Positions 20,182-30,038 of a stretch of 48,801 bases of DNA are shown one piece after another. The position numbers and the translations under genes were made by a program. This DNA is from Promethearchaeota archaeon (GTDB lineage Archaea; Asgardarchaeota; Lokiarchaeia; Sigyniarchaeales; SOKP01), in the NCBI GenBank assembly GCA_019058365.1, contig JAHPZE010000031.1, forward strand, positions 1 through 48,801, read 5' to 3'. The notes below the pieces were generated by a model. The model worked only from the letters and a program-made list of their open reading frames with translations, searched no databases and was not told the DNA's origin. How positions within the stretch are numbered: the first letter of the stretch is position 1; each line of letters opens with the position of its first letter.

Positions 20182-21318
20182 ATGAGTGATTTTGTAAAGT
20201 TTGGAATAATCGGAGCAGGTTCTGCTGTTTGGCGTTACCATAAGCTTGGTACCAAAAATAATCCACGAATAAAATTTGTCTCGGGCTACGATATCGACGA
20301 GAATAAATTAGCAAAAGCTGCTAAATATTCGAAGTTAGAACCTTTTTCGAAATTAGATGAATTCTTAAAAAATGATATTGATGCTGTTATGGTTTTAGTG
20401 CCACATTATCTACACAAAGATTTAGTTATTGCTGTAGCTGAGGCTGGAAAACATGTTATTTGTGAAAAACCTATGGCGACCACGCTTGAGGAATGTGATG
20501 AGATGATTACAGCAACCAAAAAAGCAGGTATTAAATTTATGATTGCAGAGAATCATCGATTCCTACCGGCTCATCAATTTATAAAAGATGTCGTTCAGCG
20601 TGGATTTATTGGAGATGTATTTCTTGGTCGAACTTATGAAGGTGCTTATGCTGCTTCACAATTTTTTAGTGCTGATGATTGGGGTTTTACATACACAAAG
20701 GGTGGTGGTGGTGTAGTTTCAGATCAAGGAGTACATAAATTCACCATGCTAAATTGGATTCTTGGCGAAGTCGATTCAGCTCAATGTTGGTTAAGTAAGA
20801 CATTGAAATCACCCCCTAATAAAGGAGAAGATACAGCCATAATTCTATTACGCTATAAATGCGGAGCTACTGTAACGGTGGATATTTCCTCTAGTACAGT
20901 ACATCCGCTTACAAATAAAACAGAATTACATGGAACAAAAGGTACGATTTTTGAAGATCACGACTGGGAGAGACCTGTTAAAATATTTTCCTCTCATCCT
21001 GAAGCTGAAGTAAAGGGAGCGTATTATAGTCCTGAAATTGAACACGGTCCTTTTCCTGATTATTATAAAATATCCATGGGGCATGAAGATGCATATTTTG
21101 CTGAATGTATTTTAGAAGATAAGAAACCAGAATTCACACCAGAAGAGGCACGACAAGGTGTTGCTGTAGTTCTCTTAGCATACCTGTCTGCTAAAAATGG
21201 AAGAATGACTTCAATGGATGAATTAATGGAAGTTTATAAAAAAGAAGGGACAAGGAGTATATTACAAGGTCTTGGAGAGGTAACACAAAAAAATTATGAA
21301 AAATTGAATTGGGATTAA
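20182..21318 (+). CDS. Gfo/Idh/MocA family oxidoreductase, copy A
   Basis: GIIGAG, PHYLH, GKHVICEKPMA, GGG..D.GVH; SD GGAGG. Confidence 0.92.
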   Translation: MSDFVKFGIIGAGSAVWRYHKLGTKNNPRIKFVSGYDIDENKLAKAAKYSKLEPFSKLDEFLKNDIDAVMVLVPHYLHKDLVIAVAEAGKHVICEKPMATTLEECDEMITATKKAGIKFMIAENHRFLPAHQFIKDVVQRGFIGDVFLGRTYEGAYAASQFFSADDWGFTYTKGGGGVVSDQGVHKFTMLNWILGEVDSAQCWLSKTLKSPPNKGEDTAIILLRYKCGATVTVDISSSTVHPLTNKTELHGTKGTIFEDHDWERPVKIFSSHPEAEVKGAYYSPEIEHGPFPDYYKISMGHEDAYFAECILEDKKPEFTPEEARQGVAVVLLAYLSAKNGRMTSMDELMEVYKKEGTRSILQGLGEVTQKNYEKLNWD

Positions 21319-21345
21319 ATGATAAATTAAATATTTAAGAGAAGT

Positions 21346-23268
21346 TCAAATTTTTCTAATTTTTACCGTATGGATTCCATTTTCTTTAATGACTATAGAT
21401 ACTAATTGATTTTTTTCATCTTTTTGTATTTCACCCTCAGATACATTTATAGTATAACCGTTTGGATAATGAATTTTTGGAATATAAATAACTGTTGAAC
21501 TATTTATGGAAGCATCACCCTCAAACTCAAAATAAAAGAATCCTTCTTTCATTTGGAAATCCATTTTTTTTGGAACGCCAGTACAACGAATGAAATGAGG
21601 ACGACAGAAACCCTTAATTGCCCTTCCACCGCTATTAATATCATTTGGATTAATCTTTTGATCTATACTAAAAATGGACAAATCTTCTAAATTCCATAAA
21701 TCCCCCCATTCGTTAGAATTATCTGGAGTATAATTCCATTGTAATGCGTGTAATAGATTAGCATCTATTGCGTTATAATAATTATTTAATGCTTTTATAT
21801 GCGTTTCCCAGGCTTCATTCGGTTCAGTTTTAAACTTCTTATAAGCTTCTTTATTATTAAGATCAAAAGGTAATCCAAATTCCTCAATTATAGTAGGAAT
21901 GCCCTTAAAAAAAGAATTTGAGTAATCTTTAATATTTTCTAATTGTGAAATGAACATTTGTTTAACATTTTTTTTACCGATGACTGGAGATCCTGTAATT
22001 AGATTATAATTAGCTTTAAGCATTGCTTTTTTTGTACCAGTTGTTGCTACATCATACCAGTGGGCAGCATGTACACTATTAAGTGGTATCTCTAATTCAA
22101 ATGCCTCTCCTTTCATTATACTTTCCATGGGGCCTGTAAGAAATATTATTGCATTTGAAAATACTGTTCGGATCGCTTCAGTATAAGCTTTTAAGAAAGG
22201 AGAAAAAATATCTCGGTAGAAATCAATTTTATCTCCATTTCTATAGAGAAAATATTCATTTTTTAAAATCTTTGGATTTCCAACCTCATCTAATCCCCAT
22301 AAACCCTCTTTTTTCCATACATCTTCAAATCCTTCTAACCAACATGAAATTTTTCCTTGATTCAACTCGTCTTTTCGCGTTTCTTTAATACCAAATCTTT
22401 TTACTTCTTGATATCCAATTGTCCTAGTATATCCTGCTCCAGTAAGTATCGCATCTATAGGAGTAAAAGTATACCCCAACACCTCAGATTTTCCTTCCCA
22501 CTCACTTCCATCCACATATTTACCAATCCAGCCTTCAGGAGGTTCATTTAATATATCAAATCCTAGTATATATGGATTATCTTTTATTCTCGATGCTACT
22601 TGTTTCATAGCATCAAAGAAATGATCCTGAAAGAAATCTTGAGCGTTTTTTCCATCAATTAAACATGAAGGGGCAAAATATTTTCCCCCAAAAAATAAAG
22701 TCCACATTGTTCCATTCGCAAATCTATAAGTATTCCCCGTCCAATGCATTGGAAGATATTTTGTAAGGTCATTAGGGTCATATCTTAGTTGCATTGTAAC
22801 TGCTGCCTCAGAGCTCTCAAATTTAGTGTAATCTAGTCCTACTTTTTCAAATGTCCAACTAGGTGCTCCATCTCCTCCAGTTATTCTACTCCAGACATCC
22901 TGATGAGAATCTATGATTGTATAAAATTTATAATTTTCAGCAATATTTAATATCTCTTCAAGATAATCCAAATATTCTTTATCGTATTTTTTTGGTCCGC
23001 TATGCTCAACTGCTTCCCAAGTTATCAAAAACCTAAGACAATTAAAACCCCAATGCTTTAATCGTGAAAAATGTTCATCTGCGTCCTTTAAAGGAAATGG
23101 ACGGCCAATAAAAGAAACGTTCCTATGATCACTAAAATCTGTTTTTATATGTGTTGCACCATCAGGAGTACAAGGGACTTTACTACTCCCCCCTAAGTTC
23201 ACTCCTCTTAGTAAGACTGTTCGGCCTTTATCGTCAATAAAATGCTCATTTTTAACTCTTAATGTCAT
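21346..23268 (-). CDS. GH5 endoglycoceramidase-related glycosidase, copy B
   Basis: Close paralog of 12525..14450; NEP and EEFG catalytic glutamates. Confidence 0.88.
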   Translation of the reverse strand: MTLRVKNEHFIDDKGRTVLLRGVNLGGSSKVPCTPDGATHIKTDFSDHRNVSFIGRPFPLKDADEHFSRLKHWGFNCLRFLITWEAVEHSGPKKYDKEYLDYLEEILNIAENYKFYTIIDSHQDVWSRITGGDGAPSWTFEKVGLDYTKFESSEAAVTMQLRYDPNDLTKYLPMHWTGNTYRFANGTMWTLFFGGKYFAPSCLIDGKNAQDFFQDHFFDAMKQVASRIKDNPYILGFDILNEPPEGWIGKYVDGSEWEGKSEVLGYTFTPIDAILTGAGYTRTIGYQEVKRFGIKETRKDELNQGKISCWLEGFEDVWKKEGLWGLDEVGNPKILKNEYFLYRNGDKIDFYRDIFSPFLKAYTEAIRTVFSNAIIFLTGPMESIMKGEAFELEIPLNSVHAAHWYDVATTGTKKAMLKANYNLITGSPVIGKKNVKQMFISQLENIKDYSNSFFKGIPTIIEEFGLPFDLNNKEAYKKFKTEPNEAWETHIKALNNYYNAIDANLLHALQWNYTPDNSNEWGDLWNLEDLSIFSIDQKINPNDINSGGRAIKGFCRPHFIRCTGVPKKMDFQMKEGFFYFEFEGDASINSSTVIYIPKIHYPNGYTINVSEGEIQKDEKNQLVSIVIKENGIHTVKIRKI

Positions 23269-23420
23269 TTTAATCAAACTTTATTAGTACATCTTATGAG
23301 TTCTTATCATTGAATTACTCTCTTTCCATTAAAGTTTTATGAAATAAAAATCAAATTTTATTTAATTTCAATAATATTAATCTATACTTATTCAAAATTT
23401 AAAGTAACAAAAATAAAAAA

Positions 23421-24170
23421 ATGAAACTAAAAGGGAAGATTGCCATTATAACGGGAGCTGGAGCAGGTATTGGTGAAGCAACCGCTCTCCTTTTTGCGAA
23501 AAAGGGTGCTAAAGTATGTTGTAACTCATTATCAGAATCCGCTAAGAATGTTGTAACAAAGATTAAATCAAATGGAGGAGATGCAATATTTGTTCAAGCA
23601 GACGTTTCTGTGGAAGAGGAAGCTAATCGAATCATTGAAAAAACCATAGAAACTTATGGCAAAATAGATATTTTGTATAATAATGCTGGAATTGTACTTG
23701 GTGGGGCAATTGATACAATATCTACAGAAGACTGGGATAAAACAATGGCTGTCAATGTACGGGGTATATATTTAGTAACAAAATATGCTATTCCCCATCT
23801 AAGAAAAACCCAGGGTGTGATTATAAATAATTCTTCTTCAGTTGCATTTAAAGGAGTGAAAGATAGAGCTGCATATACAGCTTCTAAAGGAGCAGTTTTA
23901 TCAATGACTAGAGCTATGGCTGCAGATTACATTGAAGATAAAATTAGAGTAAATGCAATATGTCCAGGAACTACTGATACTCCCTCATTAACAGAAAGGA
24001 TTAAGAGTAAGGGAGGAAATTTTGAAAAAGTAAAGCAAGATTATATCAGTCGCCAGAGATTAGGAAGGCTTGGAACATCTGAAGAAATAGCAGAGGGGGT
24101 ACTCTTCCTTGTTTTGAATGAATTCTGTACGGGTGTAAGTCTCTTAGTTGATGGAGGCATGACTATGTAA
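23421..24170 (+). CDS. Short-chain dehydrogenase/reductase
   Basis: TGAGAGIG, NNAG, YTASK, PGTTDTP. Confidence 0.93.
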   Translation: MKLKGKIAIITGAGAGIGEATALLFAKKGAKVCCNSLSESAKNVVTKIKSNGGDAIFVQADVSVEEEANRIIEKTIETYGKIDILYNNAGIVLGGAIDTISTEDWDKTMAVNVRGIYLVTKYAIPHLRKTQGVIINNSSSVAFKGVKDRAAYTASKGAVLSMTRAMAADYIEDKIRVNAICPGTTDTPSLTERIKSKGGNFEKVKQDYISRQRLGRLGTSEEIAEGVLFLVLNEFCTGVSLLVDGGMTM

Positions 24171-24208
24171 TAGCTAAACAAGTAAAATAATTTAAAAAAT
24201 CAAGAGTG

Positions 24209-24904
24209 ATGAATATGGTTAAACATATAGGAATTGTTGCTTGCAGTGCAGAAGGAGCTGCGCTTTGTTATAAAACTATTTGTATAGAAGCTCAAGAAAA
24301 GTTGTTTAAATATAGACATCCTGAAATAACAATGCATACACCACCTCTTTCTGATTATATGCAACACATATGGAATGGAAATTGGGAAGAAGTTGCAGAA
24401 TTAATGCTCAACTCTGCAAGAATTGTAGCAAAAGCAGGAGCGGAATTTGCAATTTGCCCCGATAATACACTGCATCAAGCATATAATTTAATGATATCTA
24501 AATCTCCTATCCCTTGGTTACATATCGCTGAAGTGGTAGGAAAAGAAGCAAAACAAAAAAAATTTAAGCATTTAGGAATATTAGGAACAAAGTATCTTAT
24601 GAACTCTCCAGTTTATCCCGATGCTCTTAAGAAATTCAATATAACATGTGAAATTCCAGAGGTTTCTGATCAGGATATAGTTGATAAAGTTATTTTTGAA
24701 GAATTAGTGAATGGTGTATTTAAAGAGGAATCCAGAAAAATTTTTAATAAAATAATTCAAAAATTAGCTAAAAAGAACTGTGATGCTGTTGTTCTAGGGT
24801 GTACAGAGATACCTTTACTTATAGACCCCAATGATTGTCCCTTACCTATTTTAGATTCTACTAGATTACTAGCAAGAGCAGCAATTAAAAAAGCTTTAGA
24901 ATAA
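24209..24904 (+). CDS. Asp/Glu/amino-acid racemase family protein
   Basis: ICPDNTLH, LGILGT, LGCTEIP. Confidence 0.88.
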   Translation: MNMVKHIGIVACSAEGAALCYKTICIEAQEKLFKYRHPEITMHTPPLSDYMQHIWNGNWEEVAELMLNSARIVAKAGAEFAICPDNTLHQAYNLMISKSPIPWLHIAEVVGKEAKQKKFKHLGILGTKYLMNSPVYPDALKKFNITCEIPEVSDQDIVDKVIFEELVNGVFKEESRKIFNKIIQKLAKKNCDAVVLGCTEIPLLIDPNDCPLPILDSTRLLARAAIKKALE

Positions 24905-24937
24905 ACAATTATAGAAAGAAAAAGAAAATATATACTC

Positions 24938-25714
24938 TTATTGAGTAGTCCACCCACCATCAATTCTTAGATCAGCACCCGTTATATAAGAGGATTCTTC
25001 AGTTGCTAAAAAGAGAATTCCTGTAGCAATCTCTTCTGGTGTTGCCCAACGTCCCAATACACCCTCTTTTTCAAACTCCTTTTTAACTTCCTCATAAGAA
25101 ACTCCTCTATCTCTCGCCTGTTTAGCAACATCGCTCTGTAGCATTGGTGTATCAGTAGCCCCAGGGCTTACACTATTTACACGTACATTATAAGGAGCAA
25201 GATCTAAGGCTAACGCCCTTGTATAACCTAAAACTCCTGCTTTTGTAGAGCAATAATTTGCATGAGCAACTTGACCTATATGAGCAGCGACAGAAGCTAA
25301 AGTTATAATTGAACCTGATTTTTGTTTTTTAAAATAAGGAACAGCATACTTGCATGTATAATGAGTACCTTTTAGATTCACATCTATTAAGAGATTATAA
25401 TCATCATCTGGAAAAGACTCAACTGGTCCAACTCGTACTACTCCTGCATTAACAATCAAAATATCGATTCTTCCATGCTTTTTAATAGTCGAATCGATCA
25501 TTTTTTTAACTTCTTCTGGATTTCTCACATCTACTTTCATTATTGATGTTTTATCTTTACCATCTTCAATCAATTCAAAAGTTGCTTTTAGGCCTTCTTC
25601 ATCTATATCTGAAAGAACTTGGATAGCACCTTCTTTTGCAAATAATACAGCAGTAGATCTGCCAATTCCAGAAGCTGCTCCAGTTAATACTACAATCTTA
25701 TCTTTTACTCTAAT
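24938..25714 (-). CDS. Short-chain dehydrogenase/reductase; probable ATT start
   Basis: Open frame upstream of 25573 encodes (I)RVKDKIVVLTGAASGIG; also VNAG, YCSTK and PGATDTP; no canonical start before the upstream TAA; SD AGGTG 7 nt upstream. Confidence 0.88.
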   Translation of the reverse strand: MRVKDKIVVLTGAASGIGRSTAVLFAKEGAIQVLSDIDEEGLKATFELIEDGKDKTSIMKVDVRNPEEVKKMIDSTIKKHGRIDILIVNAGVVRVGPVESFPDDDYNLLIDVNLKGTHYTCKYAVPYFKKQKSGSIITLASVAAHIGQVAHANYCSTKAGVLGYTRALALDLAPYNVRVNSVSPGATDTPMLQSDVAKQARDRGVSYEEVKKEFEKEGVLGRWATPEEIATGILFLATEESSYITGADLRIDGGWTTQ

Positions 25715-25824
25715 TTTAATACACCTGTATTTTACTAAAATTGTATTGATAAATTAATTTTACTAAGAAATTTTGATAAAAGTGAAGAACAAAATTATTT
25801 AATTTTTTCTTATTTTTCTTATTT

Positions 25825-26964
25825 ATGAATTCTGTAAAATATGGATTAGTTGGAATTGGAAATACTATCAACTCAGCTTGGCCTTATCATTATGTTGGTT
25901 GTAAAGATAATCCAAAAATAGAATTTGTTTCGGTCTATGATATTAATCAAAAGAAAGCAGCTAAACTAGCTAAGATCTTTAAACTGAAAACTTTTAATTC
26001 TTATGAAGATCTTCTGGAGAGCGATATTGATGCAGTTCTTATTATGGTTCCTCATCATGCCCATGAAGAGGTCGTAATTGAAGCAGCAAAAGCAGGAAAG
26101 CATATCTTATGTGAAAAACCTATGGCAACGACTCTTGAGGGATGTGACAAAATGATTAAAGCTACTAAGAAAGCAGGAGTTAAGTTTATGATTGCTGAAA
26201 ATCATCGCTTTTTACCTGCTCATCAAGCTATTCATAACTTTGTAAATGAAGGAACAATTGGGAACTTATTTATGATTCGTTCTTATGAAGGGGTTCCAGA
26301 GGTTCATAATGTTAATAATCCAGAATCTTGGAAAGCAGATCCTATAAAAGCAGGAGGAGGTGCTTTAATGGATATGGGAGTTCATAAATTTGCCACGTTC
26401 AATTGGATTTTAAATGATACAGTAGATTCAGCTTATTGCTGGATTACTAAGCAATTGACAAAATTACCAGAAAAAGCAGAAGATAATGCGTTCATTTTTT
26501 TGAGATATACATCTGGTGTCATTGCAGAATGTGTATTAAGTTTTACAGTTAATGCCCCTTCATCTAATCAATTAGAGGTTTATGGTACAGAGGGAACCTT
26601 AGTAGAAAATCATGATTGGGAAAATCCCATTAAAATTTATACCGCTCATAAAATAGACGCTAATAAATCGAACGGATGGTATTTCCCAAAAATAAATCAT
26701 GGTCCTTTTCCAACATATTATCACATTTCAATGGGTAATGAAGATGCCTATTTTACAGATTGCATATTAGAAGATAAAGAACCTGAATTTACACCTGAAC
26801 ATGCGAAAGAAGCTGTAGCTACAGTCCTCTTGGCTTATTTATCAGCAATTAATGGTAGAACCACATCGATGGATGAATTATTGGATGTTTATAAAACAAA
26901 AGGAACTAAAAGTATTTTAGGACAATTAAGAAAAGGAGTACAAGAGAATTATATTTTAGACTAA
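25825..26964 (+). CDS. Gfo/Idh/MocA family oxidoreductase, copy B
   Basis: Paralog of 20182..21318; GKHILCEKPMA, GGGALMDMGVH. Confidence 0.92.
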   Translation: MNSVKYGLVGIGNTINSAWPYHYVGCKDNPKIEFVSVYDINQKKAAKLAKIFKLKTFNSYEDLLESDIDAVLIMVPHHAHEEVVIEAAKAGKHILCEKPMATTLEGCDKMIKATKKAGVKFMIAENHRFLPAHQAIHNFVNEGTIGNLFMIRSYEGVPEVHNVNNPESWKADPIKAGGGALMDMGVHKFATFNWILNDTVDSAYCWITKQLTKLPEKAEDNAFIFLRYTSGVIAECVLSFTVNAPSSNQLEVYGTEGTLVENHDWENPIKIYTAHKIDANKSNGWYFPKINHGPFPTYYHISMGNEDAYFTDCILEDKEPEFTPEHAKEAVATVLLAYLSAINGRTTSMDELLDVYKTKGTKSILGQLRKGVQENYILD

Positions 26965-27000
26965 TTAAATATAAAAAATAAAATAAAATTATATTTTTAA

Positions 27001-28122
27001 TTACTTTTCAAAAATTTCTTTATCTAAACTTGAGAGCCTTTCACAACCGGTACTAGTTATTCTATAACAGTCTTCGATACCTACTAATCCCTGACCTCTA
27101 ACATTTTGCCATGCTTCTACATCTAATACCATGTTTTCCTTTATAGGTCCATCATAGTTATGCCCTGGGCCAAAAACATGTGTTTCTTCAGTTTCTAATC
27201 CTATACTGTGACCAATTATACTACAGAATCCCTTTCCTAGCTGTTTGTAATAATTATAAGCATTATTATATAGTTCTTTTGGATCAGCTCCCGGTTTAAG
27301 ATTATCTAAGCAAAATTCTTGAACTTTTATCATATTTTCCATTGCTTTCACACCTTTTTCAGGAGCCTGTCCAACAACAGCATCTCGACTAACATCTGAA
27401 ACATAACCCTTCCAAACCGCACCAAAATCAAATCTAATCATGTCACCCTGATTCACAATGGTTCCAACACCGGGTGCTTCTGGATCTGAATCCCCAATAT
27501 TCATAGTTAAATGATCCCAACCTTCAGCTCCTTCTTTAACGATTGTACTTCGTGCAATTTGAAGTAACTCATTATCTGATTTTCCTTCTTTTAAAGATTC
27601 AATGCAATTCAGAATAGCCTTTTCAGCAATTTGAGTTGACTTTCTAATTCTGTTTATTTCTTCCTCTGATTTAATTAATCGCATTTCTAAAAATGCATTA
27701 TCTCCATCAACAAAAAAAGCATCTGGAAATTCTTTTCGGAGAAATTCTGATTGATATCTAGGCATTAGAGTCTCAATGCCAATTTTTTTATTTTTTAAAC
27801 CAAAATCCTCAAGTTTTTCTCCTAATAATTTCAAGCCACCATTGGGAGAGCCAACACGTTCATAATTCTTTACCCACGAAAACTTTTCAACACTGTCATA
27901 CAAGGCCCATACTAATAAAAACACTTCTCCATCATTTGTTATTATTGAAAAACTAGGATATTGATTATACAAAACAAATAGTATTGGATTAGGGGCAACA
28001 TGAAGTGTAGGAATCCCAGTTGTATAAAAAACATTAACTGGCGTAGTAGCAATTAAAGCATCAAGATTAAACATTTCGAGAAGTTCAATCGCTCTTTTTT
28101 TATTATATCCTATTGGTTCCAT
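27001..28122 (-). CDS. M24-fold hydrolase, copy B
   Basis: Paralog of 18993..20117 (MEPIG, PTLHVAPNPIL, GAEGWDHLTMN, GHSIGLE). Confidence 0.88.
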   Translation of the reverse strand: MEPIGYNKKRAIELLEMFNLDALIATTPVNVFYTTGIPTLHVAPNPILFVLYNQYPSFSIITNDGEVFLLVWALYDSVEKFSWVKNYERVGSPNGGLKLLGEKLEDFGLKNKKIGIETLMPRYQSEFLRKEFPDAFFVDGDNAFLEMRLIKSEEEINRIRKSTQIAEKAILNCIESLKEGKSDNELLQIARSTIVKEGAEGWDHLTMNIGDSDPEAPGVGTIVNQGDMIRFDFGAVWKGYVSDVSRDAVVGQAPEKGVKAMENMIKVQEFCLDNLKPGADPKELYNNAYNYYKQLGKGFCSIIGHSIGLETEETHVFGPGHNYDGPIKENMVLDVEAWQNVRGQGLVGIEDCYRITSTGCERLSSLDKEIFEK

Positions 28123-28196
28123 TTTATATCTATTGATCTCGTTTTATATCTTTAAACAATTTAATATATCTTCGTTTTATAATATTATTTTTTTCC

Positions 28197-28985
28197 TTAA
28201 TTCTCTTTAAGCTTTAAAAGGATTTCTTGAGGATATTTTGCTTTAGTCCAAGGAAGATTAGAAAAAAAATGGGTAAAAATTCGCACGATAAGTGTTGGTT
28301 TATTCTTCTGTAAATTTTTCTCATTGAAATATACACGTCGATATGGTTCAGCATATTTCCATCCATGGAGTTTTCTTCCTGCGAACCTGTTAAATAGTCG
28401 GTATGGGAGCATAGTATACCTTAAAAGCCATTGTTGTGTTTTATGGCACTCAATCAATTTATATGTTAACGTTTTGATATCCTTTTTTTTAAAGCCAAAA
28501 AAGAAATTTGGATGCATAGAAGTATAGAAATAAAGGATTGGGGTGAAGTTAATTAATTTCTTATAGATGATATAAAATATTGCTCTTCCCGTGTTTATAT
28601 GATCCATATGATAATACCACGAATAGATTGCTTCTGGAACAATAATTATATTTGGTCTTTCTTTTTTAAGATAATCAGCAACCCTATTTACAAAATCTTT
28701 ATTGAAAGGTATAAATCCGTCAATATATCCAAAGAAATCTATATTATCAGGGGATATCCCATGAATTTTCTCTGCGTTAAATAATTCTCGCGTTCTAATT
28801 TTTGCCAACAATTCTCCTTTAAATTTATCATATTGAGGTCCTGGAAGCCCAAATTCTCCTTTTGTGATTGATGCTATTTTAATAATGTAATTTTTTTTAG
28901 TTTTAGTAGCAAGATAATGCATTAAATGTCCGCACTTGTGTTCTAAATCATCAGGATGAGCTTGAAAGAATATGATTTTGGTCAT
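28197..28985 (-). CDS. PIG-L/LmbE family N-deacetylase, copy B
   Basis: AHPDDLE, HMDH; paralog of 17526..18344. Confidence 0.9.
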   Translation of the reverse strand: MTKIIFFQAHPDDLEHKCGHLMHYLATKTKKNYIIKIASITKGEFGLPGPQYDKFKGELLAKIRTRELFNAEKIHGISPDNIDFFGYIDGFIPFNKDFVNRVADYLKKERPNIIIVPEAIYSWYYHMDHINTGRAIFYIIYKKLINFTPILYFYTSMHPNFFFGFKKKDIKTLTYKLIECHKTQQWLLRYTMLPYRLFNRFAGRKLHGWKYAEPYRRVYFNEKNLQKNKPTLIVRIFTHFFSNLPWTKAKYPQEILLKLKEN

Positions 28986-29008
28986 AATAAAATAAAAAAT
29001 TAAATAAA

Positions 29009-29899
29009 TTATTTTATCTCTTCCAATAGAGCTGATCTTTTTCCTAATAGGAAAGAACTGATTATAATTAGACTTAATCCAATAATTAAATAGTAAATAG
29101 AAAAGATACTCGGTGGTGTTAATAGAAATATTAGAAAATATATTACGATTGGGGCAATTAATGTAGGAACTTGTTGTATAGGAACCAAGTTACTTGCTTG
29201 GCCAACTGTAAATGACTTTTGAATTGTCATGACCCCTAAGACATTAGATAAAATTAGAATAATGCAAGAAATAATAAATATGAGTAATTCTCCTAAATCA
29301 AAAGTACCACTTAATATCTTAGCTATAACTCCTATAAGTGGGCTTACCCAAAAATTTGAGAGTACAAATAATAATCCAGATAATGTTGCTAATAAAATCC
29401 CCTTGAATCTTTTACTTTCCCGCTGTAAGATATAACATATAAAGGAGAATAATATAACAACTAATGTAAAAATAATAATCCTAATAAGAAATGAGATCTC
29501 CACTAAATTTGTATGTGCAATATCAATTGATAATTCACTTATTCCTAATAGAAAAAATGCTAATATCATTAGAAAAATTCCTATAAATTCTGCTTTATTT
29601 AAAGTTTCTCCCACAATCTTTAAAGAACCTATTGCTAATACAATTAACCCTGAAGCCATAAATCCAGGAATTAGTGCAGGACCAATGAATAATTGGGCTA
29701 TCATGTAAAAAATAGCTCCTAATCCGTATTGTAAAATAAGACCACTTAGCCATAATCTTTTTTTAACTAAGCTTCTAAAAAATTTTGCTTCATCGGGGAG
29801 AGCATTTATTACCTTCTTTTGGAAAACAGTGCCAAGATTATTTGATAATCCAGATGAAATTGCTAATGAAACACCTAACCAATAGAAATTAACAGCCAT
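29009..29899 (-). CDS. DMT-superfamily transporter, NIPA-like, copy B
   Basis: Paralog of 16625..17515, same length (296 aa). Confidence 0.75.
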   Translation of the reverse strand: MAVNFYWLGVSLAISSGLSNNLGTVFQKKVINALPDEAKFFRSLVKKRLWLSGLILQYGLGAIFYMIAQLFIGPALIPGFMASGLIVLAIGSLKIVGETLNKAEFIGIFLMILAFFLLGISELSIDIAHTNLVEISFLIRIIIFTLVVILFSFICYILQRESKRFKGILLATLSGLLFVLSNFWVSPLIGVIAKILSGTFDLGELLIFIISCIILILSNVLGVMTIQKSFTVGQASNLVPIQQVPTLIAPIVIYFLIFLLTPPSIFSIYYLIIGLSLIIISSFLLGKRSALLEEIK

Positions 29900-30038
29900 T
29901 TTTATTTATGTTGCTTTTCTCACCAAAAATCAATTTGAATATTTTATTTTATGTTTTTAACGTTTAAAAAATTATAAGTTTTAAATTCTTCTTTAAAAAA
30001 GATATAATTTAATATAGAATAAGATAAGGAATAAGAAT

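Noticed and set aside
25731-25824. Imperfect direct repeats (tttactaa...ttgataaa; ttttctta) in the SDR/Gfo divergent spacer
   Set aside because: Low complexity; expected by chance in AT-rich DNA
16625-29899. Assembly artefact as the explanation for the mirrored cassette
   Set aside because: Paralogs are clearly diverged at DNA and protein level and gene content differs between the arms
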